In this document: one piece after another, positions 1 to 9,739 of the stretch
Layout of the letters: the number at the start of each line of letters is the position of its first letter
Numbering within the stretch: the stretch's first letter is position 1
DNA from: a virus
Reading direction: 5' to 3' (one strand)
Virus record (IMG/VR): IMGVR_UViG_3300031703_000001
Coordinates: 32,001 to 96,000 of that record
DNA: 64,000 nt
Made by a program: the position numbers and the translations under genes
The notes under the pieces: generated by a model
Databases searched by the model: none
Told to the model about the DNA's origin: nothing
The model's input: the letters and a program-made list of their open reading frames with translations, nothing else

Positions 1-20
1 CATATTAAAAGAAATAGAAC

Positions 21-611
21 ATGTGGGAACTATTCCAAAAAATCTTAAAAGCAAACCTGAGCCCAAACCAAGCGTTGATATTATTTGGGATGAAGCAAGG
101 CATTTCATTGCCTCAAATTTTAGAGAGTGATAAGGAAGTATTATTAAAATTAGGTTATATAAACCTGGAAGATAAAAGATACAAACTTACACCTCAAGCA
201 AAAAAACTTATAGCACTCCTAGATAACTATTTTATAAAAGCAAAGAAGAAAACTAACATCCAACTTATGGGTAAAGATTTTGCTGAACAAATAAACATCT
301 ATAGAGAGACATTTCCTAACAAAAGATTACCAAGTGGTAAACCAGCAAGAGTTAATGTTAAAATGTTATCTGAATCATTTAGATGGTTCTTTGAAACATA
401 TGAATATGAATGGGCTGATGTAATAAAAGCCACTAAGATGTATGTAAATGAGTACAGGGATGCAGAATATTTATATATGCAGACCAGTCAGTACTTTATA
501 TGCAAGCAAGACAAGCATAGAGTTAAATCTTCAACATTAGCAGATTACTGTGATATGATTAGAGATGGTATAGATACAGAAGAACAAACCTTTAAAGAAA
601 AAGTAGTATGA
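21..611 (+). CDS. hypothetical protein, possible replication initiator/helicase loader with N-terminal winged-helix-like region
   Basis: 196-aa ORF; N-terminal segment (LLKLGYI...YKLTPQAK) resembles a wHTH wing; lies in the replication arm upstream of DnaB; function is inference. Confidence 0.35.
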   Translation: MWELFQKILKANLSPNQALILFGMKQGISLPQILESDKEVLLKLGYINLEDKRYKLTPQAKKLIALLDNYFIKAKKKTNIQLMGKDFAEQINIYRETFPNKRLPSGKPARVNVKMLSESFRWFFETYEYEWADVIKATKMYVNEYRDAEYLYMQTSQYFICKQDKHRVKSSTLADYCDMIRDGIDTEEQTFKEKVV

Positions 612-636
612 TAGAAATTTTATTAAATAAATTATC

Positions 637-930
637 ATGATGAACAAATGGATTAACCCAACAATACTTTGGGACTGGGATGACTTTGGATTTGCTTTAA
701 TACTAAGAAGGCAGAATAGAATAGCAAACTATAAATTTGCAATAGATATTCAAATAGGATGGTTCAACTTATGGACACAATTCTGGAGAAAACCTATGAC
801 AAGTAAAGAATGGGTTGAAAGAGAAATGGCATCTGAATATGGATGTGACTGGCTTGAGCAAAGTCTTGAAGCTTTAAAAAACCCTGATGTAAGAGAGGAC
901 TTAAAAAAAACATTAAATAAAGAATCATGA
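637..930 (+). CDS. hypothetical protein, aromatic beta-strand-rich N-terminus
   Basis: 97-aa ORF; stop overlaps the next start (ATGA). Confidence 0.55.
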   Translation: MMNKWINPTILWDWDDFGFALILRRQNRIANYKFAIDIQIGWFNLWTQFWRKPMTSKEWVEREMASEYGCDWLEQSLEALKNPDVREDLKKTLNKES

Positions 931-1250
931 AAATATCAGTAGATGAAATAGTCAAGATGAAAAATTTGACAAATGATGCCTTAGATAGAGCATATAAAAG
1001 AGGAGTTCAAGATGAAAGAGAAAGAGCATTGCCTAATACATTGTTTGATACATTGTTAAAATATGGTATAGAATCTGAAACACTTCTTGAATCACATATA
1101 AGTAACGGACCTTCAGATGGTTGTCATTGGATACAATTAAAACCAACTAGAGATGGTAGTGAAGGAACAAAATATGTAGAAATTTCTTTTCAAGAGAATT
1201 TGATGGAAATAGATTTTGTTGGAATAGTAGATGTTGAGCCATGCAAGTAG
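927..1250 (+). CDS. hypothetical protein
   Basis: 107-aa ORF overlapping both neighbours in a tight operon. Confidence 0.6.
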   Translation: MKISVDEIVKMKNLTNDALDRAYKRGVQDERERALPNTLFDTLLKYGIESETLLESHISNGPSDGCHWIQLKPTRDGSEGTKYVEISFQENLMEIDFVGIVDVEPCK

Positions 1251-1933
1251 ATTTAATATCAAAAACAACAGGTTTAGGTTCTTATAAGGATTTAGATCAG
1301 GCTGAAATAGTTGCAGCAATTGCAAGACATGGAACTATAAAAGAAGATAATGGTAAACTAATCAAGTATCTTATGAGCAATGCTCATTGGAGTCCATTAC
1401 AGCATATATCATTTGGTTTTAAAATTGAAACCAGAAGAAGTATTTCTGCACAGATATTTAGACATAGAAGTTTGAATGGGCAGGAATGGTCTTTAAGGTA
1501 TGCTGAACCTTTAGGTTTTGAAGAGATAGACATTAGAAGAGAACACCCTACTAATAGACAAAGCAGTACTGACACTTTTAATCCTGAATGGAAAGACATT
1601 CAATGGGGTGGAAGACATGATGGTGAAGAATATACAACAAACGCTAAAGCTGCAATTGAAGCACTCTTTATAACAATAGAGAACCTATATGGTACTTTAA
1701 TAGAAGAAGGAGTTGCTAAAGAATGTGCTAGAGATATTTTACCTTTATGTACAAAAACTACAATTCATATTACAGCCACTTTAAGAGACTTATTAGGATT
1801 TCTTAACGTAAGATGTGATGATCATGCTCAGAAAGAAGTGAGAGACATTGCTGTAAGAATAGGTGAAGAATTAGAGAAAGAACTACCCAATGTTTTCAAT
1901 AAATTAGATTGGAGAAATGGAATGTTCATGTAA
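1241..1933 (+). CDS. thyX: flavin-dependent thymidylate synthase
   Basis: HWSPLQH, ThyX signature RHRSLNGQEWSLRY, KECARDILP, R-x4-AQKEVR. Confidence 0.95.
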   Translation: MQVDLISKTTGLGSYKDLDQAEIVAAIARHGTIKEDNGKLIKYLMSNAHWSPLQHISFGFKIETRRSISAQIFRHRSLNGQEWSLRYAEPLGFEEIDIRREHPTNRQSSTDTFNPEWKDIQWGGRHDGEEYTTNAKAAIEALFITIENLYGTLIEEGVAKECARDILPLCTKTTIHITATLRDLLGFLNVRCDDHAQKEVRDIAVRIGEELEKELPNVFNKLDWRNGMFM

Positions 1934-1944
1934 ACTTAAAAATT

Positions 1945-2631
1945 ATGAAAAACTTAAAAATCTGGCACATAGGAGATACTCACACGTATCATGGACTATT
2001 AGAAATACCTGAAGGAATAGATATAGTCATCTTTAGTGGTGACTGTTCTAACCCTAGAGCTCCTTATACTAATGAACCTGAAGTTAGAAACTTTTTAGAT
2101 TGGTTCAAAAATTTACCTATTAAACATAAAGTGTTTGTAGCAGGTAACCATGATTCAAGTATTGAGTCTAAACTTGTAACTAAAGAAGAATTCCATTTAA
2201 TAGGAGTACACTATTTAGAAAATGATGATGTTACAATTGAAGGATTGAAAATATGGGGAAGTCCTCATACACCTACTTTTGGAACTTGGTCATTTATGAA
2301 ACAAAGATCTAAGTTAGATAAGGTATGGAAAAGTATTCCAGATGATACAGATATTATAGTAGTTCATGGACCACCTAAAGGAGTCTTAGATTTATCCTAT
2401 GATAGATATGGTACGTTAGAATTTTGTGGATGTTCAGCTTTAAAGAAAAGAGTGTTGAGTTTACCAGGTTTAAAATTAGTTTGTTTTGGTCATATTCATA
2501 ATAACAAAGATGTAATCAATGCGGGTACTATGAAACTAAGTGTACAAGATACTATTTTCAGTAATGGTTCAGTATTAACAGACGGTAAGTTTGGTAGATT
2601 AAGTAGTAATGGTAATATCATAGAATTATGA
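1945..2631 (+). CDS. calcineurin-like metallophosphoesterase
   Basis: DTH, GD, AGNHD, HGPP and GHIH motifs; start placed at ATG 1945, after the thyX stop. Confidence 0.9.
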   Translation: MKNLKIWHIGDTHTYHGLLEIPEGIDIVIFSGDCSNPRAPYTNEPEVRNFLDWFKNLPIKHKVFVAGNHDSSIESKLVTKEEFHLIGVHYLENDDVTIEGLKIWGSPHTPTFGTWSFMKQRSKLDKVWKSIPDDTDIIVVHGPPKGVLDLSYDRYGTLEFCGCSALKKRVLSLPGLKLVCFGHIHNNKDVINAGTMKLSVQDTIFSNGSVLTDGKFGRLSSNGNIIEL

Positions 2632-2960
2632 GTAAAATAAAACAGCCAAAAATACATTTAACTTTAGATGAGTTATTAAAGGAAACACTTGGACCAAATG
2701 AAGATAGTAAATGGAAGTTGGTAAGAGAACGTGATAATTTAACTAAATATTCAGATGATGTACTATGGGTGGAGTGGAATGAAGATAGAACATTCAAAGC
2801 AAAGCATAAACACATTGATATTGGATATGCTCTACTGATGTCACCATTCAACGGTTCATTTACATGGCAAACTACACAAGTAACTGAGATTATAGAAGAG
2901 AAGGACTCTTATATAAAGTTTAAAACAAATAATAGCAATTATAAATTATACAGAATATGA
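2628..2960 (+). CDS. hypothetical protein
   Basis: 110-aa ORF, ATGA coupling with the upstream gene. Confidence 0.7.
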   Translation: MSKIKQPKIHLTLDELLKETLGPNEDSKWKLVRERDNLTKYSDDVLWVEWNEDRTFKAKHKHIDIGYALLMSPFNGSFTWQTTQVTEIIEEKDSYIKFKTNNSNYKLYRI

Positions 2961-3080
2961 AAATAGATGTAAAGAAAATAAAGTAGATTATTAACTTTGT
3001 ATAAAGAATTAGAACACTTTGAAAAGTTGGAATTCTCAGTACAGGATGATGGTAAAACCTTAAAGATATTCTTAGATTGA
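2957..3080 (+). pseudogene. frameshifted small phage gene
   Basis: Coupled ATG at 2957 gives MKIDVKKIK then TAG; the +1 frame from 2982 reads SRLLTLYKELEHFEKLEFSVQDDGKTLKIFLD to TGA 3080. Confidence 0.5.
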
Positions 3081-3127
3081 TTTTACCCCAATAATTATAT
3101 AAAAAATTAATTTTACCCTTAAAAGAT

Positions 3128-3352
3128 ATGAAAGCAATATTAAAATTTGATTTAGATAACATTGAAGATGAAAAAGATCACATGAGATGTATGAAATCAT
3201 CTGATATGGCATGTTTTATTTGGGAATTAAAACACAATTTCTGGAGGAAGTGGAAACATGATGATACAGATTTTACTTTAGATAATTATATGGAAGCACT
3301 TCATGACTTAATGGAGGAACACAATGTTCACATAGATGAATTAATTGATTAA
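3128..3352 (+). CDS. hypothetical protein
   Basis: 74-aa ORF (MKAILKFDL...), typical small phage gene. Confidence 0.7.
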   Translation: MKAILKFDLDNIEDEKDHMRCMKSSDMACFIWELKHNFWRKWKHDDTDFTLDNYMEALHDLMEEHNVHIDELID

Positions 3353-3359
3353 ATAAACT

Positions 3360-3518
3360 ATGACACAAAATGAAATAGACATATCACTTAGTAAGTTAAA
3401 CTTAGTTCTTGAAGATTTTCAAATGCTTAGAGATGGAACATGGATTCCTGACACAGAAACTTGTGAAGCAAGCATGGAAAATATCACGGACATTATACAA
3501 ATTATAGAAAATGAGTAA
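3360..3518 (+). CDS. small acidic hypothetical protein (52 aa, not in ORF track)
   Basis: MTQNEIDISLSKLNLVLEDFQMLRDGTWIPDTETCEASMENITDIIQIIENE; fills the gap and overlaps the dnaB start. Confidence 0.65.
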   Translation: MTQNEIDISLSKLNLVLEDFQMLRDGTWIPDTETCEASMENITDIIQIIENE

Positions 3519-4467
3519 ACCAAAAGAAGGATGGGTAGGTCAATATGCTGCCTTTAATGAAGCATTAAAATACATGCATGCCAGGCAAAATGGATTAGAG
3601 AAATCTATCTATACACCTTGGCCTAAATTTAATGATGCTGCAACTGATGGTTTAGAGTGGAATACATTAACTGTTATTGGAGGAAGACCTGGATCAGGAA
3701 AGACTTTAATTAAAGATCAAATTATTAGGGAGTCATTTGCACTCAATCCTAATGATAACTTTAGAGTATTAGAATTTCAATTTGAAATGGTAGGAAGAAC
3801 TTCAGCCATTAGAGAGTTTAGTTCTTTTACAGGAAAAACATATAAAGAATTGTGTAGTGCAGGTAGTACTTTACAACCTGATATACTAAACACATGTCAT
3901 CAATATGCTAAAGAAAGAGTTAAAAATCCAGTAGACATCATCAGTACACCATTAACAGTAAATCAAATGCGTGAGCAAATTGATATGTATATGAATTTAC
4001 ACAAAGGAACAAAGACCATGATCACATTAGATCATACTATGTTGGTGAAAAGGGCCCCTTATCAGAACAATACATTAGATATGATGTTTGAATTAGGAGA
4101 GTTTTTTACACAGTGTAAAAGAGATTACCCTTGTCTGTTTATTGCATTATCACAGCTTAATAGAAATATTGATAGCCCAGACAGAGCAGTAGATGGTAAA
4201 TATGGTAACTATATACTTGAATCAGATATATTTGGTTCAGATGCAATGTTGCAACATGCAGATATGCTGATAGGTATCAACAGGCCAGCCAAACAAAAGA
4301 TTAGGTTTTATGGTCCGGATAGATACATGATTGAAAATGATAGAACTCTTGTACTACACTTCCTTAAAGCAAGGAATGGTGATGCAAGAATGAGTTTTTT
4401 CAAAGCTAAATTTGAACAAATGAAAATTGAGGAGATGGCAACTCCCGGACAACAAGAAAGAAGATAA
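3511..4467 (+). CDS. dnaB: SF4 replicative helicase (DnaB-like, C-terminal domain only)
   Basis: GGRPGSGKT Walker A, FEM, LDH, LSQLNR, SDAMLQHAD, LKARNG. Confidence 0.92.
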   Translation: MSKPKEGWVGQYAAFNEALKYMHARQNGLEKSIYTPWPKFNDAATDGLEWNTLTVIGGRPGSGKTLIKDQIIRESFALNPNDNFRVLEFQFEMVGRTSAIREFSSFTGKTYKELCSAGSTLQPDILNTCHQYAKERVKNPVDIISTPLTVNQMREQIDMYMNLHKGTKTMITLDHTMLVKRAPYQNNTLDMMFELGEFFTQCKRDYPCLFIALSQLNRNIDSPDRAVDGKYGNYILESDIFGSDAMLQHADMLIGINRPAKQKIRFYGPDRYMIENDRTLVLHFLKARNGDARMSFFKAKFEQMKIEEMATPGQQERR

Positions 4468-4483
4468 TTAACAATATGAATCT

Positions 4484-5023
4484 ATGTCAATAACAACTGC
4501 AGTACGCAAGCAAAGAGTATCTACTCTAAAAGAAGAGCATGAAGCTTACTTTCAAACTGAAGGTAAAATAAATGCACTATATATTCCCAAGATGGCCTAT
4601 AGACCGTCTGGTAAGGATGAACTACATGTTAGTTTCTTTCCTAGTGAATTAGAAAATGAAGAAGACATTTATACTGAATTTGTCAGTATAGATTATATAA
4701 GTGAAGACCCTAAACGGACTTTATATCTTGTAAACTATAACCCACACTGGAAATCAGAGTATGAATTAATAACTTCAAACTCAGGATTTCAAAGACATTT
4801 GATTCCAGTAAGTGAGTTGGTAGTTATAAGTGACGTTACTGATAGAAATAAAAAACTTTCTACTTCAGGAATGATTACAGAAAACTTAGAGCAAACATTG
4901 TTTGAGCTACCAGATCCAGATGCAGGAACTGCAAATGAAAAATCATTACTGATAGATAAGTTAGAAGACATCAATCAAACATTAATAACATTAACAAAAG
5001 TAATCACTAAATTAACTAAGTAA
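4484..5023 (+). CDS. hypothetical protein with C-terminal coiled coil
   Basis: 179-aa ORF between the helicase and the ATPase. Confidence 0.7.
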   Translation: MSITTAVRKQRVSTLKEEHEAYFQTEGKINALYIPKMAYRPSGKDELHVSFFPSELENEEDIYTEFVSIDYISEDPKRTLYLVNYNPHWKSEYELITSNSGFQRHLIPVSELVVISDVTDRNKKLSTSGMITENLEQTLFELPDPDAGTANEKSLLIDKLEDINQTLITLTKVITKLTK

Positions 5024-5026
5024 ACT

Positions 5027-5710
5027 ATGGCAACTTCAATTCTCATAATAGCAGACTCTGGTACAGGTAAATCTACCTCTATCAGACATCTGAATCCTGA
5101 TGAAACGTTCATCATTAACATTGCTAATAAACCTTTACCATTCAAAGGATGGAAAAAGAATTACACAGCAATCAGTAAAGAAAATCCACAAGGTAATCTT
5201 GCATCAGCATCCTCTGCTGCAGGTATAATTAAAGCAATAAACCATGTAGATCAAAAAAGGCCAGCAATTAAAACATTAATAGTTGATGACTGGCAGTATA
5301 TGAGTTCTTTTGAATATTTTGATAGAGCAAATGAAAAAGGTTATGATAAATTCACTCAAATTGCGGCTAATTTAGCAATGGTAGCTAAAATCCCTAAAGA
5401 TTTGAGAGATGACTTAACTGTAATTTTCTTAACTCACTCAGAAGATTCAACTGATATTAATGGAAATAGAAAAATCAAAGCAAAAACTATTGGTAAAATG
5501 ATAGATAATACATTAACTTTGGAGGGTCTATTCTCAATAGTTCTATTTGGTAAAGTAAATAAAAATGATGATGGTGAACTTGAATATGGTTTTGAAACTC
5601 AGAACTCAGGAGAGAACACATGTAAATCACCACAAGGTATGTTTGAAGATTTCTTCATCCCAAACAACCTGCAGTTTGTTAAAGACTGCATTAAGAAATA
5701 TGAAGAGTAA
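5027..5710 (+). CDS. Sak4-like / AAA_24 P-loop ATPase (recombination, strand annealing)
   Basis: ADSGTGKS Walker A, LIVDD Walker B, KTIGKMID, CKSP; precedes an SSB-like gene. Confidence 0.8.
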   Translation: MATSILIIADSGTGKSTSIRHLNPDETFIINIANKPLPFKGWKKNYTAISKENPQGNLASASSAAGIIKAINHVDQKRPAIKTLIVDDWQYMSSFEYFDRANEKGYDKFTQIAANLAMVAKIPKDLRDDLTVIFLTHSEDSTDINGNRKIKAKTIGKMIDNTLTLEGLFSIVLFGKVNKNDDGELEYGFETQNSGENTCKSPQGMFEDFFIPNNLQFVKDCIKKYEE

Positions 5711-5742
5711 ACAATTAATAAATCAATAAAAAAAGCAAAAGT

Positions 5743-6417
5743 ATGTTAAACACTAGCGGAATGTCAGCGGGAAGCGGCAAAGAAAAACCAGTAATTGGAC
5801 CAGGAAATCAACTTGTAAAAATCAATTCAATCTCATTTGATCAAACACCATATGATGCATCAGCATTCAATATTATGGTACATGTAGAGTCTGAACCAAT
5901 GGAAGGTGAATTTCAAGGATTCTTGAAAGATGTAAATCAACCAGAAGGTGCACGTTATGCAGGACAGGTTGGAAGAGTTAGATATGCTCCATATCCTTAT
6001 AAAGATGCAACCTTACCAAATGGTAGTGAAATCAGTAGAGATACTGAAGTGATGAAAGCAATGATTGCTTTATCAGAACAACTAGGTAAAAGAACAGAGT
6101 TAGATGCTATCCAGGCAAATACTATTGAAGAATTCATGGACAAATGTAATGGTATATTTTCATCACCATTGTTTGTTAACATGTGTCTTGGTACTCGTGA
6201 GTGGGAGAATAAAGATGGTTATGTAAATAATGATCTATTCTTACCAAAGATGAGTAAAGATGGTATTCCTGTAGAAGCAGTTGATGCACCAAACTCAAGA
6301 TTATTGAAGTATGATACTAATAATAAGAATCATTACAGACCAGTAGTTAAGAAGGATGCACCATCAACAAATAGTTTTGAACCGGCTACAACAGCAGGTG
6401 ATGATTTTGATTTGTAA
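5743..6417 (+). CDS. probable single-stranded DNA-binding protein
   Basis: Follows the Sak4-like gene; beta-rich; acidic-hydrophobic C-terminal tail GDDFDL. Confidence 0.6.
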   Translation: MLNTSGMSAGSGKEKPVIGPGNQLVKINSISFDQTPYDASAFNIMVHVESEPMEGEFQGFLKDVNQPEGARYAGQVGRVRYAPYPYKDATLPNGSEISRDTEVMKAMIALSEQLGKRTELDAIQANTIEEFMDKCNGIFSSPLFVNMCLGTREWENKDGYVNNDLFLPKMSKDGIPVEAVDAPNSRLLKYDTNNKNHYRPVVKKDAPSTNSFEPATTAGDDFDL

Positions 6418-6434
6418 ATCATAATAATTAAATT

Positions 6435-6468
6435 AAAGGGGTTGGCTCATGGTCATCCCCTTTTTTTT
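6435..6468 (+). terminator. intrinsic terminator
   Basis: GGGGTTGGC-loop-GTCATCCCC imperfect stem followed by T8. Confidence 0.8.
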
Positions 6469-6483
6469 ATTTAATTTTAGCTT

Positions 6484-7461
6484 ATGTTTAATACAAAAAA
6501 TTTAGTACTAGAAGAATCAGATATACCAAGCTACTGGGTATTTCAATATTACCTTAATTTACCTGATACATTAAGTGGTCAGGATGTTAAGCTTACATCA
6601 ATATTTAATCCTAATGAGAAAACACCAAGCTTTTGTATTTATGTTGATAAAAACATAAACCAATACAAGTTTAAAGATTTCTCAACTGGTAAAAATGGTA
6701 ACAAAGTAGATTTAGTCAAGATGTTATTCAATGAAGCATACCCGGCAGCGGCTATGAGAATTGTAAAAGATTATAATAAGCACATCAAAACTGATGGTTT
6801 TAAAACTGTAGACTTTAAACCTGAAGCAAAGTGGGAAGTAGATTTTGTCAAGACAAGGAATTGGAATGAAAATGATAGCAAATATTGGTTATCATTCAGA
6901 ATTGGAATGACTATACTAACAGAATTCAATGTTAAACCACTTGAATATTATAACCTCTTAAAATCTGATGAAGACCGTGTTAGCACATTAAGAATTGAAG
7001 GTATACCACTTTATGGTTACTTTGACAAACAAGGTGAGATATATAAAATATATCAGCCTACAAGCAGTAATCATAAATTTCATAAAGTAAAATCTTATCT
7101 GCAAGGATATGATCAATTGAAATTCAATCAACCTTACTTAGTAATATGTTCATCACTTAAAGATGCATTATGTCTTAAAGGAATGGGTTATAACATAGAA
7201 GTTGTAGCTCCAGATAGTGAAAATGTAATGATTAAACCTCATATCATGGAACACTTAAAGAAGAAGTATAAAAAAGTTATTACTCTCTTTGATAATGATG
7301 AAGCAGGGACCAAAGCAGTAGATTCATATGCCAACGCATATAAAATCAATGGATTTGTACTAACTATATGCAAAGACATATCAGACGCTATGAAAAAGTA
7401 TGGTTTTGATAAAGTACATCAACACCTAAAACCTTTATTAAAAACAACATTAAATAAATAA
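6484..7461 (+). CDS. DNA primase (DnaG/Toprim, crAss-like type)
   Basis: EKTPSF...FKDFSTG N-terminus; SSLKD, FDNDEAG and KDISD Toprim motifs. Confidence 0.85.
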   Translation: MFNTKNLVLEESDIPSYWVFQYYLNLPDTLSGQDVKLTSIFNPNEKTPSFCIYVDKNINQYKFKDFSTGKNGNKVDLVKMLFNEAYPAAAMRIVKDYNKHIKTDGFKTVDFKPEAKWEVDFVKTRNWNENDSKYWLSFRIGMTILTEFNVKPLEYYNLLKSDEDRVSTLRIEGIPLYGYFDKQGEIYKIYQPTSSNHKFHKVKSYLQGYDQLKFNQPYLVICSSLKDALCLKGMGYNIEVVAPDSENVMIKPHIMEHLKKKYKKVITLFDNDEAGTKAVDSYANAYKINGFVLTICKDISDAMKKYGFDKVHQHLKPLLKTTLNK

Positions 7462-7463
7462 AT

Positions 7464-7841
7464 ATGAAGAATAAAAAATGGTTCATCCCCGGATCAGTTC
7501 CCTCTTCTAAGAATGGAAGAAGATGGACTGGTAAATACTTTATAGCCAGCAAGGCTGTAATGAATTATAGAAAAATAGCCAAAGACTATTATGCAAAATA
7601 TGCAGATGAATTCAAAGCTGAATTAGCAAAGCATGAATTACCAGCAAGAATTGCATTTACATTTATTAGAGGTTCACGTCATAAATTTGATTATTTAAAC
7701 CCTGCACAAACTGTACAGGATGATATGGTTAAAGCAGGATGGATAGAAGATGATAACGCTGAATTTATAAATCCAGTATTTGTACAATATATTTATGATA
7801 AAGAAAGCCCAGGTGTTTATATAGAAATATTAAAAGACTAA
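7464..7841 (+). CDS. RusA-like Holliday junction resolvase
   Basis: VPSSKN, DYLN, QDDMV and IEDDN acidic motifs. Confidence 0.65.
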   Translation: MKNKKWFIPGSVPSSKNGRRWTGKYFIASKAVMNYRKIAKDYYAKYADEFKAELAKHELPARIAFTFIRGSRHKFDYLNPAQTVQDDMVKAGWIEDDNAEFINPVFVQYIYDKESPGVYIEILKD

Positions 7842-7844
7842 CTG

Positions 7845-8150
7845 ATGAGTGATATCACATTTGATGAATTTTTTACATTAAGGAGTCTATTGAATGGCTC
7901 TGAAGAAGATTATCAAATTGCTATAAGTAATTTAGATAACTTAGTATATAATGATAAAAAGATAGTTGACATATTATTTATTAAATCACTGTACGCTGAG
8001 AAGAGACAATCTTTTCTAAAATGTGGTGCTTTAGAAAATGAAATTATGTACAGACCAATCTTATTAATGGGAAAGGCTATCTACTCCCGTATCTTAAAAG
8101 AAGCAGATAAAAAAGTATATAAACAAATACTCAAGGAAATAATGAAATAA
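7845..8150 (+). CDS. hypothetical helical protein sharing a motif with the ORFs at 11020 and 12071
   Basis: 101-aa ORF; ITFDEFFTLRSLLNGSEEDYQIAISNLDNL. Confidence 0.65.
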   Translation: MSDITFDEFFTLRSLLNGSEEDYQIAISNLDNLVYNDKKIVDILFIKSLYAEKRQSFLKCGALENEIMYRPILLMGKAIYSRILKEADKKVYKQILKEIMK

Positions 8151-8161
8151 ATTAAAGAAAT

Positions 8162-9325
8162 ATGCAGAACATACAAGACTTAGTTGCTAAGACAACTAAA
8201 GAATTAATTTTAGATGAGCCTTTTTATGGGCTCTTTTTAATTGGTATCAATAAGCAATACAGTGATAAGATTCCTACAGCAGGGGTTAGTAAACATGGTA
8301 TTGGTATGCAGTTAACTATAAATCCAGAGTTCTATATAAACTTAAGCTTGCCTCACAGGGTAGGATTAATTAAACATGAACTGTTGCACATTGCATTTGG
8401 ACATTTATTAATGAGAGATTTATACTCAGATTTTAAACTATTTAATATAGCAGCGGATCTAGAAATAAATCAATATATAGACAGTGACAAGCTACCAGAA
8501 GGTGGTTTATTACTATCAAGTTTTCCAGAATTAAATCTTCCTACTAAGGCAGGGACAAAAGTTTATTATAATCTTTTGGAACAAGCACAAGAAGATGGTA
8601 CATCACCTTCATTAGATAACCTAATGGATAGTATGAACGGAGAAACTGAATATGATCACTCTACATGGGCTGATTTTGATGACTTATCTGAACCAGATAA
8701 AAAGCTAATGCAAAAACAAGTTGAACACCAGTTAAAAGACGCTGCTGAAACAACTATTAAAAAGCAAGGGCATATACCTGGAGAATGTAAGGAGTTAATT
8801 GATAGATTATTCCATGTTGAACCTGCCAAATTTGATTGGAAACAATATTTAAGAAGATTTGTGGGTAATTCTAGTATAGTATATACAAGAAAGCTGAGAC
8901 GTAAGTATAACAAACGTTATGCTGAGAATCCTGGCCTTAAGATCAAATTTAAAAATCACATACTTGTTGGTATAGATACATCAGGATCAGTTAATACAGA
9001 TGAGCTCAAAGAGTTTTATAATGAGCTACATCACATGTCTAAGACAGGACATAAAATAACTGTTGCACAATGTGATACAAGTTTGAATTCTGTTAAAGAA
9101 TTTAATCCAAAACAAGCATGGGAAATTAACGGAAGAGGTGGAACATCATTTCAACCAGTAATTGATCATTTCAATGAAAAGAAAGGGACATACACGGCCC
9201 TTATCTATCTAACTGATGGTGAAGCATATCCACCACATAATTGCCCATCAAATACTTTATGGGTGTTAAGTAGCATCTCTGACATGAATGATGATTTACC
9301 AGGTAAAGTTATAAAATTAAACTAA
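8162..9325 (+). CDS. zincin-like metallopeptidase plus vWA domain protein (DUF2201-like)
   Basis: HELLH...NIAADLEIN; MIDAS DTSGS, GRGGT, LTDG. Confidence 0.88.
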   Translation: MQNIQDLVAKTTKELILDEPFYGLFLIGINKQYSDKIPTAGVSKHGIGMQLTINPEFYINLSLPHRVGLIKHELLHIAFGHLLMRDLYSDFKLFNIAADLEINQYIDSDKLPEGGLLLSSFPELNLPTKAGTKVYYNLLEQAQEDGTSPSLDNLMDSMNGETEYDHSTWADFDDLSEPDKKLMQKQVEHQLKDAAETTIKKQGHIPGECKELIDRLFHVEPAKFDWKQYLRRFVGNSSIVYTRKLRRKYNKRYAENPGLKIKFKNHILVGIDTSGSVNTDELKEFYNELHHMSKTGHKITVAQCDTSLNSVKEFNPKQAWEINGRGGTSFQPVIDHFNEKKGTYTALIYLTDGEAYPPHNCPSNTLWVLSSISDMNDDLPGKVIKLN

Positions 9326-9327
9326 AC

Positions 9328-9714
9328 ATGGGACGTTATTATAGTGGAGACATTGAAGGGAAGTTTGCCTTTGGTGCTCAAAGTAGTGGTGCAGCAGATA
9401 GATTTGGTGTATCAGGTGAAAGTCCTGGTTATATTGAGTATTTATATACTGAAGATAACTTAACAGCTCTTGAAGCTGAACTTAAAGCAATTGAAGCTTC
9501 ATTCAAAGAGTATAAAACACCTCTTTTAGCTTATTATGATTTATTTGGTGTAGAAGATGATGTTGAAATAACATTTGAATCTTACATTGAAAAAGGTGAT
9601 TTTAAACCTATGGGTCCTATTATGCAAGATGATTTCAATGATTATAGAATAGGTAAAAAAATACAAAACTGCGTTATAAAGCATGGAGAATGCTCATTCA
9701 CTGCAGAATTATAA
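9328..9714 (+). CDS. hypothetical protein
   Basis: 128-aa ORF, MGRYYSGDIEGKFAFG. Confidence 0.7.
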   Translation: MGRYYSGDIEGKFAFGAQSSGAADRFGVSGESPGYIEYLYTEDNLTALEAELKAIEASFKEYKTPLLAYYDLFGVEDDVEITFESYIEKGDFKPMGPIMQDDFNDYRIGKKIQNCVIKHGECSFTAEL

Positions 9715-9739
9715 ACAAAAACAAAAATTAATTAAGAAT

